From Octopus sinensis (taxonomy: Eukaryota): a stretch of 64,000 bases of DNA. Location of the stretch: the NCBI RefSeq assembly GCF_006345805.1, contig NC_043015.1:36208001-36272000 (forward strand), in the 5' to 3' direction. The notes beneath the pieces were generated by a model, which worked only from the letters and a program-made list of their open reading frames with translations, was not told the origin of the DNA and made no database searches. A program made the translations under genes and the position numbers. Positions 54,187 through 64,000 of this stretch are shown one piece after another. The first letter of the stretch is position 1; the number at the start of each line of letters is the position of its first letter.

Positions 54187-54730
54187 GAGTGAGTGAGCAG
54201 TGCATGCCATCAAAGTGAGACTAGGGTAAAATATACGAAGCCCAGTATACCCATCATGACTACCCGTCTCATAAGGGTACACCAGGCACAGTCATCACAA
54301 CCATATTGTGCGTGACAAAATAATCTCATTTCAAAATAAGCAGCACATGACTTTGCAGGTGGGGTTCAGTTAGAATTTTCTTCAGGTCCAGAAGAAAATA
54401 CCACTCGAATGAGGGTTATTTAAGGATGATGACGAACCACCCATGTTTCCAGAGGGGAATTATCCAAACCTCTAAGAATTTCGTTCAACACACGTTTATG
54501 ATGCTCCCCCACTATTTCTGCTCGTGATCAGAGATGCACATATCATCAGCCACCAAGGGACACGCTCAACTGGGTATGGTCAAACAATTGACAAGCAAAT
54601 CTGTGGTATTCAGCAGAATATTTGCCGTAGCCCATCTTTTATACCAAGACAAATCAATGTACATTGTAACACTTCCAATCAGCTAAGATCAGAAGCCACG
54701 AGAGCCACTGCCTGATATTTCATCAGGGCA
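54187..54730 (-). mobile_element. Copy 3 of the ~545-bp ATT-anchored retroposon (full length)
   Basis: ttattatt|gagtgagtgagcagtgcatgccatcaaagtg .. gagccactgcctgatatttcatcagggca|aattattatt. Confidence 0.92.
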
Positions 54731-54731
54731 A

Positions 54732-54763
<32 letters not shown>

Positions 54764-54785
54764 CATTATTATTATTATTATTATT

Positions 54786-55790
<1,005 letters not shown>

Positions 55791-56383
55791 CAGTAATGAT
55801 TGCAAGAATGGATGTAACAGTTACTTTCCTGGTGTTACTAGTGATTACGCTTATGATGATGATAACGGCGTCGATGTTGACAATAATTATCAAGAGGATC
55901 TTGATTAGGACGATGATGATGCTGGTAATGAACGTGACCTCATCTGTAGGAACTGCGATGTCGGTGATGTTATTGGTAACATCATCTTCTCAGTGCAAAT
56001 TTCTTCAGCATTAATTAAACTTGGTGATTCATTAAATGTTTTTAAAAAATGATTAACAAATCAATATTAATATAAAATATTAATATACCGGTTCTTATAA
56101 TTTAAAAAAACAACATGTTCGCTATTTGTAATATCGATTCTAAAGATTGACCGAATGCCATAGATTTAAGCAATGGTAGGGGTTATATTCAATACTATCG
56201 ATCTCCTGCTTATCATCAGAGTCGTTTTATCTAGCAGAAGGATTTGATCTCATAAAAACGAAAAAGGCGAAGAGAAGAAACGTGCCAGCCCTAGATATTG
56301 ATAATATACAGATTTTAACGAGGATATTCCTTTCGTATTAGTTTATATATATATATTTGTGTGTGAGTATGTGTATATGTATG

Positions 56384-56387
<4 letters not shown>

Positions 56388-56414
<27 letters not shown>

Positions 56415-56783
56415 GCATATGTGCACACGCACAGGCAGACAGACAGACATATATATCAAAATAGGAGCATTGATTATTTGACACTGAGTTTGAAGAACAG
56501 ATGCGATGACCTCTCCTCGCAAATGCTAATCAGACATAGAATATGTGTCGTTAGCCAACTAAAAGAGATGTCTCCTTTGGGCTATAAACGCCAGTAGTAC
56601 TCTCCCGTAAAGGACGCCACACTTAGTTGGCAATTATAGATTATATACACACACATTTTTAAAATGTGTTTTACGGAAAACGTCTTGAATATGCAAATAA
56701 AGCTGGCCACAGTCTAATGATGCTGACTGGTGAACCAGTTCTTACTCTTAAATCGAACTGTAACGATGTAATGTAAGATAAAT

Positions 56784-56871
<88 letters not shown>

Positions 56872-56872
56872 C

Positions 56873-56952
<80 letters not shown>

Positions 56953-58077
56953 CAGTAGTAGTAGTAGTAATCATCCGAAGTTTGGTTGAGTTATATTTGT
57001 ATTTCTGAGAGTATGTGGTGAGCAGAAGGCGAAGGTGATGGAAAGAAGGAGAGTCGTATTGGGAAGGATTTGCGTGGGGGATGATGGTTATATTTTGCTA
57101 TTCCGTCAGCAGATGCCAAGGATTGGTCGTACACTTCTTTGTTCGATCTCATATAAGACGCAGCTGTCTTCTAGGAATTCTGAAGTAAACAGGTCAACCG
57201 GTACAGCCACTACAGCTATCAGCTGAGATCGAACAAAGGACTGTGCGCTCCATCTTTGACACCTGCACACTGAATAGCAACATCGTCCGACATCGGCACA
57301 ATCTCATCCGTCCCCACATAACTACAATTATTTCCACCCTCCCCTTCTCCCTACCAAATACCCACTGATATACCCACGTAAAGCAGCCACCATGCGCACT
57401 AGTCAAACGGAGTAAACATCCCTCTGGTCATCATCCATTAATGTTATATCGCCTGAAGAAATGGATGCATGAAGACGATTTACTCGATGCTCATGGATAC
57501 TACTGACTACACTGAAATCATCCAAGGAATACAGACTGTGATCATAAGAGACATGTGATTTGAGTAAACGCGCGTAGAGATGCATTAAATCTTTTTAAAT
57601 TCCATCCGAGGATTAATGTTATTATTACCATATATATATATATATATATATATGTTATATATATATATATATATATATATATGCATATGTGCACACGCAC
57701 AGGCAGACAGACAGACATATATATCAAAATAGGAGCATTGATTATTTGACACTGAGTTTGAAGAACAGATGCGATGACCTCTCCTCGCAAATGCTAATCA
57801 GACATAGAATATGTGTCGTTAGCCAACTAAAAGAGATGTCTCCTTTGGGCTATAAACGCCAGTAGTACTCTCCCGTAAAGGACGCCACACTTAGTTGGCA
57901 ATTATAGATTATATACACACACATTTTTAAAATGTGTTTTACGGAAAACGTCTTGAATATGCAAATAAAGCTGGCCACAGTCTAATGATGCTGACTGGTG
58001 AACCAGTTCTTACTCTTAAATCGAACTGTAACGATGTAATGTAAGATAAATGAAGTAGTAGTAGTAGTAGTAGTAGT

Positions 58078-58130
<53 letters not shown>

Positions 58131-58131
58131 C

Positions 58132-58180
<49 letters not shown>

Positions 58181-58195
58181 AGTAGTAGTAGTAGT

Positions 58196-58264
<69 letters not shown>

Positions 58265-58950
58265 CAGTAGTAGTAGTAGTAATCATCCGAAGTTTGGTTG
58301 AGTTATATTTGTATTTCTGAGAGTATGTGGTGAGCAGAAGGCGAAGGTGATGGAAAGAAGGAGAGTCGTATTGGGAAGGATTTGCGTGGGGGATGATGGT
58401 TATATTTTGCTATTCCGTCAGCAGATGCCAAGGATTGGTCGTACACTTCTTTGTTCGATCTCATATAAGACGCAGCTGTCTTCTAGGAATTCTGAAGTAA
58501 ACAGGTCAACCGGTACAGCCACTACAGCTATCAGCTGAGATCGAACAAAGGACTGTGCGCTCCATCTTTGACACCTGCACACTGAATAGCAACATCGTCC
58601 GACATCGGCACAATCTCATCCGTCCCCACATAACTACAATTATTTCCACCCTCCCCTTCTCCCTACCAAATACCCACTGATATACCCACGTAAAGCAGCC
58701 ACCATGCGCACTAGTCAAACGGAGTAAACATCCCTCTGGTCATCATCCATTAATGTTATATCGCCTGAAGAAATGGATGCATGAAGACGATTTACTCGAT
58801 GCTCATGGATACTACTGACTACACTGAAATCATCCAAGGAATACAGACTGTGATCATAAGAGACATGTGATTTGAGTAAACGCGCGTAGAGATGCATTAA
58901 ATCTTTTTAAATTCCATCCGAGGATTAATGTTATTATTACCATATATATA
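56388..58950. repeat. Tandem duplication of a ~1.3-kb unit (~56388-57630 and ~57660-58942), each with an internal (TAG)n
   Basis: Unique sequence looks identical. Offset is 1268 before and 1312 after the (TAG)n tract, and identical ORFs appear in the track (57035/58347, 57194/58506, 57403/58715). Breakpoints lie in (TA)n. Confidence 0.97.
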
Positions 58951-58957
58951 TATATAA

Positions 58958-59065
<108 letters not shown>

Positions 59066-59583
59066 GTATGTATGTACGTATGTATGTATGTATATAAACG
59101 TGTGCTTGCGTGAGTGTGTGTGTTGTACATATATATGTATATACGTGTATGTATTTATGGTGTATTTATGATGATCTGACAATTGCAATTTCAATATGTA
59201 TTTTACATGTACTTCCAGAATTTGAACCCGAACCGAAAAAGAAAGAAATTAACTGAAAATGCAGAAGACAGTCACACTACAAATCCCGCTGCTTCATATG
59301 CCCGAGACAGATTCTGATAGATGCCACTTCGGTTCGTTTGCCGTCTTTAAAATACACTTAATTTTGAAATATTAATTCGGGTCACATTTCCTCCAATTCT
59401 TACACAATTGATTCGTTCAACGCCGAACTGTTCATACGCAAGAATATAATAAAGATGCCTCAAGCATCTCTTTAGATGCTTTTCCACGTTTTAATAATGC
59501 GAACCTTCAGCATTTCGCGAAGTCTTAAGAAAACTGAAGAAATAAGTGAAAGGCGGAGAACCGGAGAACTGTGTATATGTACA

Positions 59584-59584
<1 letters not shown>

Positions 59585-59642
<58 letters not shown>

Positions 59643-59735
59643 ATATTTACATAATGCATATTTCTTATGAAAAGAAATACACATTAATGTGTATTTACAC
59701 ACACACAAATGTACGTGAGTATATATATATGTATA

Positions 59736-59804
<69 letters not shown>

Positions 59805-59990
59805 TTATATATATATGTATATATGTGTATATATTAAAGTGTGTTTACATACACACAAATGTGCGTGAGTGTATATATATATATATGCATATGTATATAT
59901 ATATGTATATATATATATACATATATATATGTATATATATATATACATATATGTATATAGACACACACACACATATATATATACACATAC
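59585..59990. repeat. (CA)n/(TA)n tract with a short internal duplication (acacacaaatgt(a/g)cgtgagt twice)
   Basis: Direct runs; motif at ~59701 and ~59851. Confidence 0.9.
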
Positions 59991-60922
59991 ATGCTTGTCG
60001 CATTATAGCAATTGAAGGAGGAGAAACGTCATTCGTATTGAAAGAAATAAAGCCCATTACAAAATAAAGATTTAGCAGGCTTCAGGCTCTGAATGTCGGC
60101 GCAGCCTATATTCAGCGCACCTCATCGATAGATTAGTAGCTGAACATATACATTCATAATACAGACGGAAATTATATTCAAATAGAATAAGTAAACAGAT
60201 TCTACAGATTTCCGCCATATTGTATTAATATCGTTGTACTATTAATATTTTAATATATTCTTTATTTAAGTGAAGGAATATGTTGATTTATGAGAACGTG
60301 TAAGAATAAAGTGTTAAAATTCTTTATTGAATAAATTTATTCACAAAACGTTATTGTTAACCTGGATTAATTTTCAGATATGAATTCATTTCTGTGTATT
60401 TTATACTGGAAAACATGACATGAAAATCAGCATTTTTCTTTCATCATTTCTCAAATATGCTTCCGACATTTTAAGCAAAACACGAATGGATAATTTCCAC
60501 GTTCAGACAATATTTTTTTCTTTTACGCTGTAACGATATTCGTTGCCATTAAAAACTATACCAATTGTAATATTAGGGATAATATTGAAAAACATTTTTT
60601 CTGAGTATGGAGACTATCATGAGAAAATCTGCTTATCTCCAAGAAAGATAGAAATCATACAAATTCTTTAGTTTTGAATTATTTTCTTTCCCGGATATTA
60701 GGAATATTCCGTTTCTATGGCATATTTTGATTTCTTAAGAAAAATGTTTAGGAGTTATATTTTTTGATAACGTTTTTCATTAATCTCGCTATCTTTATGC
60801 ATCATAAATAGATTAATAGGTATTTATGTGGTGTATGTGTGTATAATACATACATGCATACTTACACACACAAACACGCACACACATGCATACATACATA
60901 CACACATACATACATACATACA

Positions 60923-60992
<70 letters not shown>

Positions 60993-61177
60993 CGTGTGTG
61001 TATATATATATATATCACGGTATCACAGTAAAGACCAGACCAAGAATATTGGACGTTGTTGTATATCGCTTGCCACAATACTCTTCACATAGTTTTCACC
61101 TACGAATGATGCCACACCACTGACCGTATAAGCCAAGATTTCCCCTGATCAAAAAGCTATTTCTTTGTAGTGTTACC

Positions 61178-61249
61178 TAAGAAGAAGAAGGAGAAGAAGA
61201 AGAAGAAGAAGAAGAAGAAGAAGAAAGAAGAAGAAGAGAAGTAGAAGAA

Positions 61250-61296
<47 letters not shown>

Positions 61297-61515
61297 AGAA
61301 GGAGAAGAAGAAGTAGAAGAAGAGGAGGAAGAAGGAGAGGAGGAAGAAGAAGAAGAATAAGGAGAAGAAGAAGAAGAAGAAGAAGAAAAAGAGGAGGAAG
61401 AAGGAGAGGACGAAGAAGAAGAAGAAGAAGAAGAAGAGGAGGAAGAAGGAGAGGAAGAAGAAGAAGAAGAAGAAGAAGAAGAAGAAGAAGAAGAAGAAGA
61501 AGAGAAAGATGAAGA
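61178..61515. repeat. (GAA/GAG)n polypurine tract
   Basis: About 335 bp of almost pure purines on the + strand. Confidence 0.97.
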
Positions 61516-61829
61516 CGAGTTGAGAATGTGGGATAGTGAGCACAAGTGCAGGCTAAAAGATTATTACTGGGCAATGGAGAAGGGCTTAATCGATGAAATC
61601 TACCCAAGGGCTTACTTGTGGAGGAGTCGGGTACTACTATACGTTTCTGTTGCTGCACTGCGATATACAGTAACGTAAACAAAGAAACGAACAGCAATAA
61701 TGAAGAATGGGAGGACACACACACACACACACCAACACGCACTCAACACACGCACTCACGCAGGCAAACACACGCACACACGCACATGTAGGTATACATA
61801 CACACACACACACACACACATACACACGC

Positions 61830-61975
61830 AGTCACTTATACACGACGAAATTCCTCACCGTTGCCGGCTACCAAATTCATTGTCATTTCATCGGATGGCC
61901 TGGATTTGTGCCTCACAGTAGGACTGAACATGGATTCACGTGGTTGTACAGTGAGGTTTTAAACACAGCCACCAT
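61830..61975 (-). mobile_element. SINE family A head fragment
   Basis: ctaccaaattca..gtgcctcacagtaggactgaac..cacgtggttg..acacagccac. Confidence 0.6.
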
Positions 61976-62564
61976 TAGCTAAATGCAAAAGTTATAATAT
62001 TCAGAAATCTAAAGACGCCTACCAAAGATATACAAAGAAGAACAAACTGCATCATTCGTCATCTGCCTTGAGTCACCTGGTTTATTACAAGTTCTGTGAC
62101 GTTTGTTCACTTTCTTCGATATAAAAAAAACATTTGTGAGAGACTTGCTTTCATCTGTTGGATTCGTGAATGTGATTTTTCTCTGAAGAACGACAAGAGA
62201 GTCTCAGAGAATCAGTCGTTTTATATATATTTCTATATTTCTCTGATTTCTCCCTATGTATCTATAATGATATCTGTTTAATTCAGCAATCATCAATGCA
62301 GTGGCATAGATAAGAAAGATCATGTCTGTAGCATCGCTTAAAAAGACACAAGTCTCCCTTAATTCTATACTTTTCTATGCTGCAACGAAAAAGCAAGAAA
62401 AAAGACAAGGAAAGAAAAAGATAAAGAAAGAAGGACAGAAACAGACAAAGAAAGAAAGAGAGAAAGAAAAAGGCAAAGAAAGAAAGAAAAAAACAACTTT
62501 AAATCAACTTATCTCATCTACGATTCACTTCAGTTTATCTTCTTAGCTGCGTCTTTAGATTTCC

Positions 62565-62845
62565 CCACCACCACAACCACCACCACCACCACCACCTCCA
62601 CTACGACCGCCATCATCATCATCATTATCATCGTCGTCGTCGTTGTCGTCGCTGTTGTCGTTATCAGCATCATCATCATTATAGTCAGCATGAGCAATAC
62701 CACACCAACAATCAACATCCTCACCGCTAACACAAGCCACAACCCGTCACACCCCCACCACCACCACCACCGCCGCCACCACCACCACCACCACCACCGT
62801 TGTCGTGGTTCTTCTTCTTCTTCTTCTTCTTCTTCTTCTTCTTCT
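62565..62845. repeat. (CAC)/(CAT)/(CGT)/(CTT) compound microsatellite
   Basis: Direct runs. Confidence 0.9.
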
Positions 62846-63585
62846 CTCCACCTTTTTCCATCCAATTCTTATTCTGCATTCTGCATTCTGCATTCTTATT
62901 CCGTCTTCCCGTCGTTCTTCAGTTTCCTCTCGCCAGTTTCCTTTCCATATTCCAAAGATACACCTATTCACGTCCTCCTCGAAGCTTCCAATTCCTCGAT
63001 TCAAACAACTGGAATAATTGCAGTAATATATATTCAACAAACAAGAAAAGGAACACGACAGTTCCTACGCTAATTCCACTTCTTTTTGCCAGGATTACTC
63101 ACCTAACATCGACGCAAACAAGTTCTGACAACAAATCGTTGTTGTTAAGCATGTTTCTCAACACACTTATTACATTTTATAGTCTCTCCTCTCAGTTAGA
63201 ATCCTAAATTGACAGATGCATATACCCTGAAGTATTTTCCGATTTCCAACTGGTAAATATGTCCTCTTTATGCAAATGCGACTCTTCCATAAACATGGTC
63301 TACAGCAAACTGGATTCAAATCACCATTTGTTTGAACAATGACGCACTTTATGAATATTTATAATGCTAATGAATATTTATAAGGTTAATGAAGACAAAA
63401 TAAGGAGAGACCGGGAGCTGAATCCACACCAAACACAAAATAAAAAATACTTAAGATCAAAAATTTAGAAAATAAACGTGTTTATATGCAATCAGCAGAA
63501 AAGCTAGACAAGCAGTTCAATGCTAAATTTTCTTTACAAAGTACATAACGCGTTTTGATACTCGAGTTTATTTTCGATGGATTAT

Positions 63586-63589
<4 letters not shown>

Positions 63590-63680
<91 letters not shown>
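63590..63680. repeat. (TA)n microsatellite
   Basis: Direct run. Confidence 0.97.
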
Positions 63681-63683
<3 letters not shown>

Positions 63684-64000
63684 GTCGGAAGGAAGGGGTG
63701 GCCATGGCAAGGAATACGTTCCTCATGTGTTTTTACACAATTAGGTCTAACCTGTGGTAAAATTACATCAACGACACGCATTATTCTGTACGTGATTTAA
63801 CTGACACGGTTTCCAATCAAAGCAGGGTGCATCTACGTATGTGAATGCGTTTATATATGTGTGTCCGTACCTGCTCGTATGTACCTGAGTGTTAGAGAGT
63901 GTGTGCTTGCATTTACCTGTGTCTTCACATTGATTCGCATTGTGGTGTGTGTGGATTGACATGCAAACTACATAGCCATCCAAGAACACTCAGAAAATGT

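Noticed and set aside
60088-60115. Small hairpin ctgaatgtcggc-gca-gcctatattcag
   Set aside because: Short and imperfect; expected by chance in 64 kb.

Overview
AT-rich, microsatellite-saturated eukaryotic DNA that looks intronic or intergenic. The tRNA-headed SINE families and the very high density of (TA)n, (CA)n, (ATT)n and (TAG)n tracts point to a coleoid cephalopod, probably Octopus (inference from recalled repeat families, not a search). No host gene can be called with confidence, and most ORFs in the track are translated microsatellites. The recognisable coding sequence is transposon-derived: two R4/Dong-like RLE retrotransposon 3' fragments in (TAA)n tracts, a decayed Tx1/L1-like ORF1+APE element, a separate Tx1-like ORF2 C-terminus, and Tc1 and mariner remnants. 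There is also a non-autonomous Helitron and several MITE or foldback elements. The most notable item is a 2.4-kb ORF1-only (HAL1-like) retroelement at 12096-14489, inserted with a perfect 18-bp target-site duplication into the tRNA-derived head of a SINE. It has tandem 5' monomers and twin 3' stem-loops. Second is a ~545-bp non-coding retroposon, present four times, whose conserved end always abuts an (ATT)n tract in the same orientation. Long foldbacks, inverted SINE pairs, a 1.3-kb tandem duplication and two weak exon candidates are also reported.
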